From NCBI GenBank assembly GCA_963704905.1, contig CAVPHZ010000001.1:579438-643437 (forward strand): a DNA stretch of 64,000 nucleotides, in the 5' to 3' direction. Made by a program: the position numbers and the translations under genes. Of the stretch, positions 50,113 to 59,163 are shown piece by piece. The notes beneath the pieces are model-generated. The model did not search any database, had not been told where the DNA came from, and was given only the letters and a program-made list of their open reading frames with translations. This DNA comes from Candidatus Chisholmbacteria bacterium (GTDB lineage: Bacteria; Patescibacteriota; Microgenomatia; UBA1400; Chisholmbacteraceae). Position 1 is the stretch's first letter; every line of letters starts with the position of its first letter.

Positions 50113-50688
50113 ATGAGTCAGAAGACAGTTTTTAAACGAATTTTGGCAATTACTTCCATCGTACTCGCATTGCTGCCAATGCTTGTGACTTTTGCGTCTC
50201 TGTTGACGAACTTATTTGACAGAATGGGGTGGTATGTTTGGCTTCAGCAAGTCATTGTACCGTTTGAGTCGAGGCTTGTGGCAATTCTTGTAAGACTGGT
50301 TGGAATTTCCGGCATGGTAACTCCAAATACTGAGCATTTTTCTATGGTTCTGCAAAAACCTGATAATGTGTTGTTACCAGTTCAACTTTCGTGGAATTGT
50401 CTGGGTTGGCAGAGTTTGTTGTTACTCGGTCTAACGCTCGTTACAGGATTACAGGGACCATATTCACGGTTTTCTAAACTCCAAGTGATAGTATTTGGAG
50501 TGCTGGGAACATTTCTCAGTAACCTGGTTAGAATGGCGCTTATTACGTCGCTTGCGTACTATTGGAATACGTTTGCAGCAATGATTATTCATGATTATTT
50601 TGCGATGTTTGTTGCACTCGGGTGGATGATATTTTTCTGGTGGTTTTCGTATGCCTATGTGCTTGAAGATAGTCCCGTTGATCAGTAG
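50113..50688 (+). CDS. Exosortase/archaeosortase family protein
   Basis: 191-aa multi-TM protein with the Cys-Arg-His triad in the expected contexts: SWNCLGWQS (Cys 50398-50400), NLVRM (Arg 50530-50532), IIHDY (His 50590-50592). RBS GAGGAG upstream; starts 48 nt after the giant gene. Confidence 0.85.
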   Translation: MSQKTVFKRILAITSIVLALLPMLVTFASLLTNLFDRMGWYVWLQQVIVPFESRLVAILVRLVGISGMVTPNTEHFSMVLQKPDNVLLPVQLSWNCLGWQSLLLLGLTLVTGLQGPYSRFSKLQVIVFGVLGTFLSNLVRMALITSLAYYWNTFAAMIIHDYFAMFVALGWMIFFWWFSYAYVLEDSPVDQ

Positions 50689-50851
50689 TCAATGAGGAGC
50701 TTTTCTCAAGCTCCGCTTGAGTTATCTGGTCACCGTAAGCTCAAGTTGTTATTGTTGTGTTGGGTCGTTTACGGGGTAAAGGTTTTCGTATGCTTTTGTA
50801 TTGGAGCAAAAAGTGTCAGTAGTTTAACTTATGAACTATTTATATTCCTAC

Positions 50852-50882
50852 TTGACAGTCCTGTAGTTATTTTGTGTATACT
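50852..50882 (+). promoter_or_regulatory. Putative promoter with 19-bp spacer and near-leaderless transcript
   Basis: TTGACA (50852-50857), 19 nt spacer, TATACT (50877-50882); ATG at 50892 with no SD. Confidence 0.4.
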
Positions 50883-50891
50883 TATATAACT

Positions 50892-51236
50892 ATGAGAAGC
50901 CTGCCCAAGACCTTCTTTGTTTTTCTTGCTGTTATAAGTCTCTTATCTTTGTTGGCGTATTCACCTCAACACACTCTTGCTCAAGAGGAAGACTTCACTG
51001 AGGAGGAAGAGATTGTTGAGGAGGAGGAAGTGCTTGAGGAAGAAGAGGTAGTTGAGGAAGAAGTAGTTGAGGAAGTTGTTGAAGAAGAGAATACAGAAGG
51101 GGAAGTACTTGGAGGTGCAACGGAACTTGGGGATACTGGCGCAGAGGACTATATATACGTAGTGGCAGGTTTGGTCGGCGTTTTGGTTGTGGCTGCGGGT
51201 TTTAAAATTGCACGCAGTAATGTCGAAGAGTACTGA
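50892..51236 (+). CDS. Small secreted acidic protein with LPxTG-like (LGDTG) sortase sorting signal
   Basis: Signal peptide ending HTLA|QEE, Glu/Val low-complexity body, then VLGGATELGDTG, a TM helix and KIARS. Overlaps the sortase gene. ATG 50892 preferred over the track start at 50874. Confidence 0.75.
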   Translation: MRSLPKTFFVFLAVISLLSLLAYSPQHTLAQEEDFTEEEEIVEEEEVLEEEEVVEEEVVEEVVEEENTEGEVLGGATELGDTGAEDYIYVVAGLVGVLVVAAGFKIARSNVEEY

Positions 51237-51801
51237 ATTCATTCTCCAGTTAAGTTTCATTCTTTTTGTTGCGCTCATTCCGTCATTGGTTATCATCCGT
51301 GTCTTTGAACCTGCCAAAGCTTTGGCTGAAAATTTTAAAGAAAACGATCCGCAAGTGTTTTTGAATCCACTTGTAGCTTTTGTTAATGAGGGAGTTATTG
51401 AGAGAAAGCATGTGAAGGAATCCCCAGTGCTCTTATCAATTCCTGCACATGACTTACAATTGCCTGTTGCTGAAGGAAAGATTAGTGATAAGGTATGGGA
51501 GCTTTATGATGATAAAGTCGCTTGGCTTTCGACGAGTGATGAACCTGGAGAAGGGAATGTTATCCTTTATGCCCATAATCAGAAGCATTTATTTGCACCA
51601 CTTCATGATGTGGAGGTTGGTGAAGAGATTGTAGTTGAGCATGGAGGATGGGAATATCTTTACGAGATTGTTGAGAAGCGTAAGGTTGAACCTTCTGATG
51701 TAGATTCTGTCCTGACTGATCAAGAGCAACTCACTCTATACACTTGCGATGGAACATTTGATCAGCGGCGATTAGTTGTGATTGCACGACCCAAGGCATG
51801 A
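51220..51801 (+). CDS. Sortase (class D/E-like)
   Basis: N-terminal TM; PGEGNVILYAHN (His), LTLYTC (Cys), RRLVVIA (Arg) form the sortase catalytic triad. Probable start ATG 51220. Confidence 0.9.
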   Translation: MSKSTEFILQLSFILFVALIPSLVIIRVFEPAKALAENFKENDPQVFLNPLVAFVNEGVIERKHVKESPVLLSIPAHDLQLPVAEGKISDKVWELYDDKVAWLSTSDEPGEGNVILYAHNQKHLFAPLHDVEVGEEIVVEHGGWEYLYEIVEKRKVEPSDVDSVLTDQEQLTLYTCDGTFDQRRLVVIARPKA

Positions 51802-51836
51802 GTTTTTACTTTAGGTGAATTCAAACCGAACTTCGA

Positions 51837-51842
51837 TATAAT
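51837..51842 (+). promoter_or_regulatory. -10 element for a leaderless transcript
   Basis: Perfect TATAAT 6 nt before GTG 51849; no SD and no clear -35. Confidence 0.4.
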
Positions 51843-51848
51843 GGCCTC

Positions 51849-53927
51849 GTGAAACACAGCAGACTTTTTCCTCTTTTTCTGTCAATCTTTTCTATTTGGC
51901 TATTATGGCCAGTAATTCATGCTCAAGGACCTGCGTGGATGGGGTCTGCTGATGGATTCATGCTTGCGAAAGCGAGATTTCTTCAAAACGGTTTTGGATT
52001 AGGAAGTTGGAATCGGTTTTGGTTTCTCGGAATTCCGGGACAGCATATTGGATCTCCATTGTTACCATACTTGCTGGCTATCGGTTTTCGTATCATTGTA
52101 AATCAGCCCATTCGCATGTTTCAGTTGTGGAGACTGATTGTTGTCGTAGGTGTTATTGGATCAGTGAGTGGTATTTATAAACTAACAAGAACGTTCGTTA
52201 GAGAGCCAATGAAGGCTAAAGGTATTGCACAAGCATTGTTTGTTTCGCTTCTTACACTCTCTTTACCTTCCAGCCTTCTTTTTTTTCCACAAGTATTTGG
52301 AATTACCCGTGAATTTGGTTTTGCGAGTTGGTCATTGTTCAGCCCTCTCTATTTGGGAGATGGTCATCGATCGGTCGGATTTGCTGTGATTCTCACTATT
52401 CTGTTTGTTGCAGCACAACTCCTTGAGCGTTGGAATTTACGGACTGCAGTACTTATGAGCGGATTGGTTGGACTTTTGTTACTGATTGATTCTTTAAGCC
52501 TATTGCCTCTTCTGTTGTGGCTGATTGTTGTAATGATGTTTGCCATTTTGCGACACCAGAGGGAAACGAGTGAAATTGCAGAGTATTGCATAAGATTTAT
52601 ATTTATAATCTTCTTCGGCTGTCTCCTGGTTTCATTCTGGTTTACTCCTGGTTATGTACTTAACTTGGTAGGATCACCGTCGTTAGGGGGAAAGTCTTTC
52701 TTATCTGTATCAATAGGTATTGTGCAGAGATACGTTGTCATTCTTCCTATTATTTTTGGCATTCTCATCGGTAAGAAGATGCTCAAGAAATTATCAAATC
52801 TAACACTTCTGGGCTTATTCGGATTCATTATATTTGGGGTAGTAACTCTTGTTTCATACTTTGCTGATCCGGATTTTTGGCAAGATTACACTCGGTTTGG
52901 CCGATCATTGGATTTGAGCATAGCCTTTCTAATAGGAGGCGTTGTTTTCCAGCAAAAAAATATTCGTCGATCGTTTCGACTACTATTCTACTGGCTTCTA
53001 TTGATTGTGCTTATTTATCAGACTATTTCTTTACGTGGGAGCGGGCTGATGAGTGAGGTAGGATCAATTTTTGAGAGTAGTGAGTATCAGGTGGGATCTG
53101 AACTGCAGCAGCTACTTTTGTCGGAATGCAAAACCAGTGAAACCTGTGAAGAGCGAGCATACCTCTCTGGCAGTTCGGCTTTTTGGTTTAATGCTTGGTT
53201 TCCATATGCACAAGTGCGTGGTGGGAGTGAAATGGGTTCATTGAATGATTGGTGGCCACATGGTTCATTTCAAATCCGTGAAGGTCGTACAAGCGACTTG
53301 ACGCGTTTATGGCTTGAGGCGATGGGGGTTGAATTCGTCGTTGTTCACGGTCAGGATTCAGATGAAATATATCATGATTTTCGCCATCCTTCGAAATTCG
53401 ATGAGATGGATGGTTGGGAGGCAACAAGTAAAGGTGAAGGAAATGTCATCTATCAGAATAATAATTCATCCTTTGCTCGAGTTGCTTCTCAGAATCTACT
53501 CTCGATTTCTTCTCCACAACAGGGTGATGATGTTGAGCAACTCCGTCAATATGTTGAGCAGCTTAATCGTCAAGCTAACTTTGAATGGATCACCCAGCGA
53601 GAGTTTGAGATTTTCGCGACGACAACTACAGGAGAAGGTATAAGTGTACCTGTATCCTATTCAGCTTTCTGGAGAATTATCGAAAGTACCGTTCCAGCGA
53701 AGTTAGTCCGAGATCCGTTGGGGTTGATGTTTATACAGCTCGACGGTTCTGGTCCAATTTCAGTTCGATTACGCTATTCACCATTTCCAGATATTTTAAG
53801 CGGTATGGCTTTTACCATTGTTGCTTTTTTCATTCTGCTTCGTAAGCCGAATTTCATTGAAGATACTGGAGACAAGTTCAGGAGCTTTGTAGGTACAGAT
53901 TCGGATATTGATCGCACTGCGCTATAA
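51849..53927 (+). CDS. Polytopic membrane protein, PTPS-related/GT-C-fold putative glycosyltransferase
   Basis: WNRFWFLGIP early motif, about 11 TM helices, a large soluble C-terminal domain ending YSAFW...DPLGLM and a final TM (YfhO-like layout). Paralogous to 56959-59163. Confidence 0.65.
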   Translation: MKHSRLFPLFLSIFSIWLLWPVIHAQGPAWMGSADGFMLAKARFLQNGFGLGSWNRFWFLGIPGQHIGSPLLPYLLAIGFRIIVNQPIRMFQLWRLIVVVGVIGSVSGIYKLTRTFVREPMKAKGIAQALFVSLLTLSLPSSLLFFPQVFGITREFGFASWSLFSPLYLGDGHRSVGFAVILTILFVAAQLLERWNLRTAVLMSGLVGLLLLIDSLSLLPLLLWLIVVMMFAILRHQRETSEIAEYCIRFIFIIFFGCLLVSFWFTPGYVLNLVGSPSLGGKSFLSVSIGIVQRYVVILPIIFGILIGKKMLKKLSNLTLLGLFGFIIFGVVTLVSYFADPDFWQDYTRFGRSLDLSIAFLIGGVVFQQKNIRRSFRLLFYWLLLIVLIYQTISLRGSGLMSEVGSIFESSEYQVGSELQQLLLSECKTSETCEERAYLSGSSAFWFNAWFPYAQVRGGSEMGSLNDWWPHGSFQIREGRTSDLTRLWLEAMGVEFVVVHGQDSDEIYHDFRHPSKFDEMDGWEATSKGEGNVIYQNNNSSFARVASQNLLSISSPQQGDDVEQLRQYVEQLNRQANFEWITQREFEIFATTTTGEGISVPVSYSAFWRIIESTVPAKLVRDPLGLMFIQLDGSGPISVRLRYSPFPDILSGMAFTIVAFFILLRKPNFIEDTGDKFRSFVGTDSDIDRTAL

Positions 53928-54234
53928 GTAGATTGAAAATTTTGCTTAGAACGATAGTTGTTATTGATTACTATTATAGGTTTCTCTTCATTTTGCGGCT
54001 GTGCGACGATTATAGTTGTTGTAAATGTTATCACTCTTATTCTATTACTGCTATTCGAACGATTTGTGATTTATTGTTAGTGCATCGCTTATTCTGCCAC
54101 TAATTGTAAGTAATGGATGTCTTTGGAATGGCGGAGAAGCATTATTCGTCTAATATTCGGTATTTAGTCTGATTTTAATATGGGATATAGAAATAAACTT
54201 AACTAAGCGGTGATACTATGAAGATTAAGAGAGA

Positions 54235-54747
54235 TTAACTTAGACTACTCGAGGTGTGTGAAGTGATTTGTGATTGTGGTATTGGTGAGAGAGGCTGGCT
54301 TGGTAGATCTTTTGTTCTGGCTCTTTGAAGGAGGATAAAGCTAGCTATAAGAAGTATTGCTATGATTGCAGCCAGGCCTGCAGTGGCTATGTCGCTTTTA
54401 AAACGGCTTTTAGCTGGCTTAGTGGGAGTGATTGTCAAGGTCTGTTTCCTAATAGGTTGTGTTATATGAGATTGATAGATTGGCTTTGCGGTAGAAATAG
54501 TTTTTGGTTTTTGTTCTAACTTTGGTTTTGGTTCAAAAACTTGTGCCATTGGTTGTTTGAGTATATTTTCTAGCTGTTTTCGACCATATCTGCGGTGTCC
54601 ACCCACTGTTCTTCGAGCTGTTAGCTTTCCCCTTTTTTCCCATCGTCTAAGAGTGTCTTTTGAGACACCCAAATATTCTGCTGCTTCTGCGATTGAAAGC
54701 CACTGTCTGGTGCCAAAAGGGATTATTTTCACAGGTTGTTTCTTCAT
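54235..54747 (-). CDS. MerR/excisionase (BldC-like) helix-turn-helix protein with C-terminal transmembrane anchor
   Basis: WLSIAEAAEYLGVSKDTLRRWEKRGKLTARRTVGGHRRY; Pro/Lys/Thr linker; TM IATAGLAAIIAILLIASFILL. Confidence 0.85.
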   Translation of the reverse strand: MKKQPVKIIPFGTRQWLSIAEAAEYLGVSKDTLRRWEKRGKLTARRTVGGHRRYGRKQLENILKQPMAQVFEPKPKLEQKPKTISTAKPIYQSHITQPIRKQTLTITPTKPAKSRFKSDIATAGLAAIIAILLIASFILLQRARTKDLPSQPLSPIPQSQITSHTSSSLS

Positions 54748-54792
54748 ACTATTGTAGACTTATGCATATCATTATATAAGTACGTTGTAGGT

Positions 54793-54821
54793 ATCATACA
54801 AAGAAATTACATCACTGTCAA
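54793..54821 (-). promoter_or_regulatory. sigma70-type promoter of the HTH-TM gene
   Basis: On the minus strand: TTGACA (54821-54816), 17 nt spacer, TATGAT (54798-54793). Confidence 0.7.
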
Positions 54822-55648
54822 TCATTTTTTCCAGGTGAGTATTTCATCCCATTGCAGGTATCACGTCTTCTTAGACAATACTTTTATTTTAGATAAATAT
54901 CTTTAGAATTGCTAGATTATCAGGTGAAATATAACTGAGACATTTTTCACAGAAGTGATGTATATCATCCACCTGAAAAGCTATCGTGAAATTAGCGACA
55001 ATATCTAAGAGTATGTTCGCTTGTGACGCTAACTACATCTGGTTCGCACTCTCTATAATTATCTGATTGAAGTTTGAACTTCATATATCGTCCCTATCCA
55101 TCAATTAAACTTGACTAGTTAATAGACAAGACAATATTACCTCTGGGATTGAAAATAATACAATGAAGATAATGTTGGAAATAGGAAAAAAAGGATAGCA
55201 ACATCGCTTACAGAAGTATTAGTGAAAATGCGGTCATTGTTTAATTTAAAATCGTGAGTCGGAATATATTTAGTTGGCTGTGATCATCATTTATTGACTC
55301 AGTCTTGACCTACAGATATCCTGACTAAAGGAAGTTTTATAATATATCAATATATAACATAAAGAATCAATTCACTTAACCGACTAATAATTTGGTTTTG
55401 TTGTGGCAAAAGTGATGTAAATTATGAATTACTCAAGTTGCATACTAATGCACAGGAATGAAGTAGATGTGACACATTGTTTGATTATTTTAGATGATCG
55501 TGAAAACCATCTAATACTAAGCAATATAACAAATAATACAGGTTCTATCTAATATTTACTTAAAGCAGGATTACATCATTAAAGCTAAAAATTTGATAGA
55601 TTTATACTAATGAAACGTACAATACAAAAAATTGAAAAATGAAACAAG

Positions 55649-56884
55649 ATGGTTTCTAAAGAAAATACTATACGATTGAAATTGAAAGAGAATCTATTTG
55701 TGGGATCTCTGGTTGCCATGAACGTGGTACTCGTATGGCAATATTTTAATCAACCGTTTCCGTACGTGTTTTCTGCGCCGCTCATTCCAGTATCCGTCGA
55801 TTTCGTGAGACGTTTTGGAGCTGATATAGATTCGGCTGCTCGGATGATGCTTTTTGGTTTTTATATCTTTGGTCCAACTACACTTTATTACCTTGTTCGA
55901 AATGTCACGGGTCGACGAATGAGTGCGGCGTTTGCAGCAGTCCTATACTCACTGCCAATTTTTCGCGCACGATTGGAAGCTATGACACTTCTTGGAGATG
56001 GAGCACATATTGCATCACTTACGGTTATTCCGCTTGCGGTAATGTGGTATTTAAAATATATACGGACGGGAAAATACATTGTTTCTATTATTGCTGGTGC
56101 TTTTCTTTTGCTGGTGTCGCTCATCAGTCCATTTGGATTTTTTGTACTTCTGGGGATACTTGCGGTAATTACATTCTCTGAAATGCTTCTCGGTTCAGGA
56201 AGAACCAAGGCGATACGACTTATATGGGTGATACTTGTTGCCTTGGGTTTTTCTGCCTTTTGGTATAACCCATCTTTTATTCAAGCTAATTTTACTTCTA
56301 CATCTGGAAGAGCGGTTGTTGCTGCGGTAAATAATCTTATTCCGATCTCATTTGTTGTGTTACCAGTCTTGGCTACGTTTGGATATCTGATTTTTGATAA
56401 GCGCGCACATCTTCAACCCCTATTTATTGCATTGGGAATGACAATCCTTTTTGGACTTATATCGTTTGCTGGGGGATTAGCGCCGTTTGCTGTATCTGCT
56501 CAACGCCGGTATCTATCTGAGCTCCTTCTTTCTCTGGCGTTTCTCTGGGGAGTTGTTGGTACATTTGTATATGACATGATTGGTGTTATTCCAGCTTCAG
56601 AGTATTTTCCAGTATCCATGGAGAAACGTAAGACGATTCAACGCTCTCTAGTTATTTTGATGATTGTTATTTCAATTGCTGTTATTTTACTTGTGCCGTT
56701 TGAGATCTCCTCGAGAAGGGGAGATGACTTTCTCGACGAGGGTGTGATTGAGGCATCAGTTTATGAGGTTGTGCGAGTGAGGTCTTCGTCTAGCACGTTT
56801 TCGACTGTTGTTGGATATGGTATTAGCGGATTAACAGTTCTTGGTTTGGTCGGTTTGTATCGGTGGGTGCTGAGGCGTTCTTGA
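55649..56884 (+). CDS. Polytopic membrane protein, short PTPS-related/GT-C-like paralog
   Basis: About 12 TM helices. LGDGAHIASL and AFWYNPSF match WGEGPHTLSL/SFWYNLSF and LGDGHRS/SFWFTPGY in the neighbouring paralogs. Lacks the large C-terminal domain. Confidence 0.6.
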   Translation: MVSKENTIRLKLKENLFVGSLVAMNVVLVWQYFNQPFPYVFSAPLIPVSVDFVRRFGADIDSAARMMLFGFYIFGPTTLYYLVRNVTGRRMSAAFAAVLYSLPIFRARLEAMTLLGDGAHIASLTVIPLAVMWYLKYIRTGKYIVSIIAGAFLLLVSLISPFGFFVLLGILAVITFSEMLLGSGRTKAIRLIWVILVALGFSAFWYNPSFIQANFTSTSGRAVVAAVNNLIPISFVVLPVLATFGYLIFDKRAHLQPLFIALGMTILFGLISFAGGLAPFAVSAQRRYLSELLLSLAFLWGVVGTFVYDMIGVIPASEYFPVSMEKRKTIQRSLVILMIVISIAVILLVPFEISSRRGDDFLDEGVIEASVYEVVRVRSSSSTFSTVVGYGISGLTVLGLVGLYRWVLRRS

Positions 56885-56958
56885 TTGGAGAACGTGTATA
56901 CATAGGTTGAGTCTTACAGAGGATTGAGTCTCTCAAGTTTTGATGGTTCAATAGTCAC

Positions 56959-59163
56959 ATGCCTCGAAATTCATTATTGAGCAAACCCACTGTAAAGAGA
57001 TTTTCTGTGTTGTTCAATAGATTAGGTCGATTGCTCGTTGGGTTTATAGCAGCAGCTGTCATTGGCTATCTCAACTGGATGGTTATCCATGGCTGGTTTG
57101 GCGGTGAAGGTCCAGCAAATATTGGTTCGATTGAGGTGTCGTATGTTTCCATGGCGAGATTTTTGGTGGACTTTGGCTACAAAACATGGGCACCGTTCTG
57201 GTACTTTGGTTTTCCATTTCATCTTTTTTATACACCTTTGTTACCATTTCTTGAAGCAATACTTCACAACGCTCTTGGTTGGCATCTTTGGGAAGCGTAT
57301 CGGTTTATCACTGGATTTGCTTATATTTTGGCTCCGATTTCTGTGTTTATTTTAGGGTGGGTGCTCTCTGAAAGGTTTATTGGCGGCTTTGTCAGCGGAA
57401 TTCTATACTCAGTGGTCCCAACGCTTTATTACTTCATCTTGCCTGGAACGAGGGATTCTGTTTATGGAGAAGTAGCTGCAGATCGGTTTTCAGCTACATT
57501 TTGGGATCCACGCCGATTTACAATTTTGATCCGATGGGGTGAAGGTCCACACACATTATCTCTGGTGTTTTTACCTCTGGTGGGTGCTCTCTTCATGCTT
57601 TCTCTAAAGAGGCGGAAGTTTTGGTTACTTGTTCTGGCATCTCTGTTTTTTGTACTCACAGCTCTTTCCAATGCTTTAGGAATGCTGGGGGCAGTGATTT
57701 TGGCTTTATCAATAGCATTTGTCCATTTTGCTCGAGAGTCTAAAGATCACATTCGCACAGCTACTTGGACGGTTTTGCTGTTGGTGATGGGACTAGGCTT
57801 GGCATCATTTTGGTATAACTTGTCATTTATAATGAATTTCTTTGCTGAGGGAGGTGGAGCAGCCTCGATTTACCTATCTCTATTTCCTTGGGGTTGGTTG
57901 GCTTTTGCACTTGCAGTCGTGATTCTTTATTTTGTAACCGGTAAACTTCTCAAAGATTGGGGTTTTGCTTCATCTTTGATCTGGTTCTTAGCTCTCTTTT
58001 TTGTGGTTTATGTTTTCTATTCCTCTGCACCACCAGAGCTTTCGAATCAGCGGATTGAGCTACTTCCACAAGCCTTGCGTTATATCACTCAGGTTGATCT
58101 GGCTTTCTCAGTGCTGGTTGGAGTAACAATTGCATGGGCACTCAAGTTCATTGGTCGGCGGTTTTTACTTGTGGAACGTATTCTTTCTCTAATTCTTGCC
58201 GGAGTAAGTTTATATGCATTTATCTATATCCAACCGTTTCTTACCACATCGTACAATGTCTCAAATACTGTCGTTGACTTAAGTCAAACGAGAGAGGAAA
58301 CAATTGCTACTCTTCTTGAGAAGAACGTGGATCCAATCAAAGGTGAGCGAGTATTTCTGCCTGGAAATTATGGTTTTTACTTGAATTGGTTTACAAATGT
58401 CTGGCAACACAGAGGCGGTTTGTTTCAGGCTGCAACCCATCCTTGGCCAGACCATGTGCATTATCAGATGGCAAATGGGCAAGATAGTGACATTTCCAGA
58501 TATTGGCTCAAGGCAATTAATGCCAAATATATTGTCATTCCTACTCCGGAATCTCAAGAGCTTTATAAAGAGATAAAAAATCAAGAGCGGTTTGAGGATT
58601 TTGAAAAAGTCTATGAGAAGAATGGAGATATCATCTATCGAGTGCCGCTTCTGCGCCCATCCATTGCAAAACCGGTTGATGAGAATGCGATGATTTCTCT
58701 GGTAACACCAGAGAAAGGAGATGATGAGGAAGCGTTACAAGAATACGTTCGGTGGGTTGAGCGATCTTCAGAAACAGAGGCACGCTTTGAAATGGTTGAT
58801 CATGACCATTATGTTCTTTCAGGTTCGCTTGAGGAGGGGGAAGTATTACTGGTTCAAATGACAGCTGACTCAGGATGGAGTGCCATGCGTCGTAATGCTC
58901 CTCAGGGTACACGAGTTAAAGTGAAGACAGGGAAAGATCCTTTAGGATTTTTGGTTCTTTATCCTGATCCAGGGGATTTTGAGATTGAACTTACTCATTC
59001 TACAACTTGGCAACTCTGGCTTGGGTATCTTACAACCTTTATGACGATAGGATTCATCTTTTGGTACGGTTGGGCTTCTCGAAGATTTGCCAAAGGTGTT
59101 GAGAAACTAAAAGCTAGTAAAGCCAAGAGGGATGCAGACAAACGAGAAACAGGTAAAAAATGA
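56959..59163 (+). CDS. Polytopic membrane protein, PTPS-related/GT-C-fold putative glycosyltransferase
   Basis: WAPFWYFGFPFHLFYTPL motif, about 12 TM helices, extracytoplasmic domain with DSGW...DPLGFL, terminal TM and basic tail. Confidence 0.7.
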   Translation: MPRNSLLSKPTVKRFSVLFNRLGRLLVGFIAAAVIGYLNWMVIHGWFGGEGPANIGSIEVSYVSMARFLVDFGYKTWAPFWYFGFPFHLFYTPLLPFLEAILHNALGWHLWEAYRFITGFAYILAPISVFILGWVLSERFIGGFVSGILYSVVPTLYYFILPGTRDSVYGEVAADRFSATFWDPRRFTILIRWGEGPHTLSLVFLPLVGALFMLSLKRRKFWLLVLASLFFVLTALSNALGMLGAVILALSIAFVHFARESKDHIRTATWTVLLLVMGLGLASFWYNLSFIMNFFAEGGGAASIYLSLFPWGWLAFALAVVILYFVTGKLLKDWGFASSLIWFLALFFVVYVFYSSAPPELSNQRIELLPQALRYITQVDLAFSVLVGVTIAWALKFIGRRFLLVERILSLILAGVSLYAFIYIQPFLTTSYNVSNTVVDLSQTREETIATLLEKNVDPIKGERVFLPGNYGFYLNWFTNVWQHRGGLFQAATHPWPDHVHYQMANGQDSDISRYWLKAINAKYIVIPTPESQELYKEIKNQERFEDFEKVYEKNGDIIYRVPLLRPSIAKPVDENAMISLVTPEKGDDEEALQEYVRWVERSSETEARFEMVDHDHYVLSGSLEEGEVLLVQMTADSGWSAMRRNAPQGTRVKVKTGKDPLGFLVLYPDPGDFEIELTHSTTWQLWLGYLTTFMTIGFIFWYGWASRRFAKGVEKLKASKAKRDADKRETGKK

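Noticed and set aside
50692-50889. 65-aa hydrophobic ORF between the exosortase and the sortase substrate
   Set aside because: Overlaps the predicted promoter of the next gene; the T-rich intergenic sequence explains its hydrophobicity.
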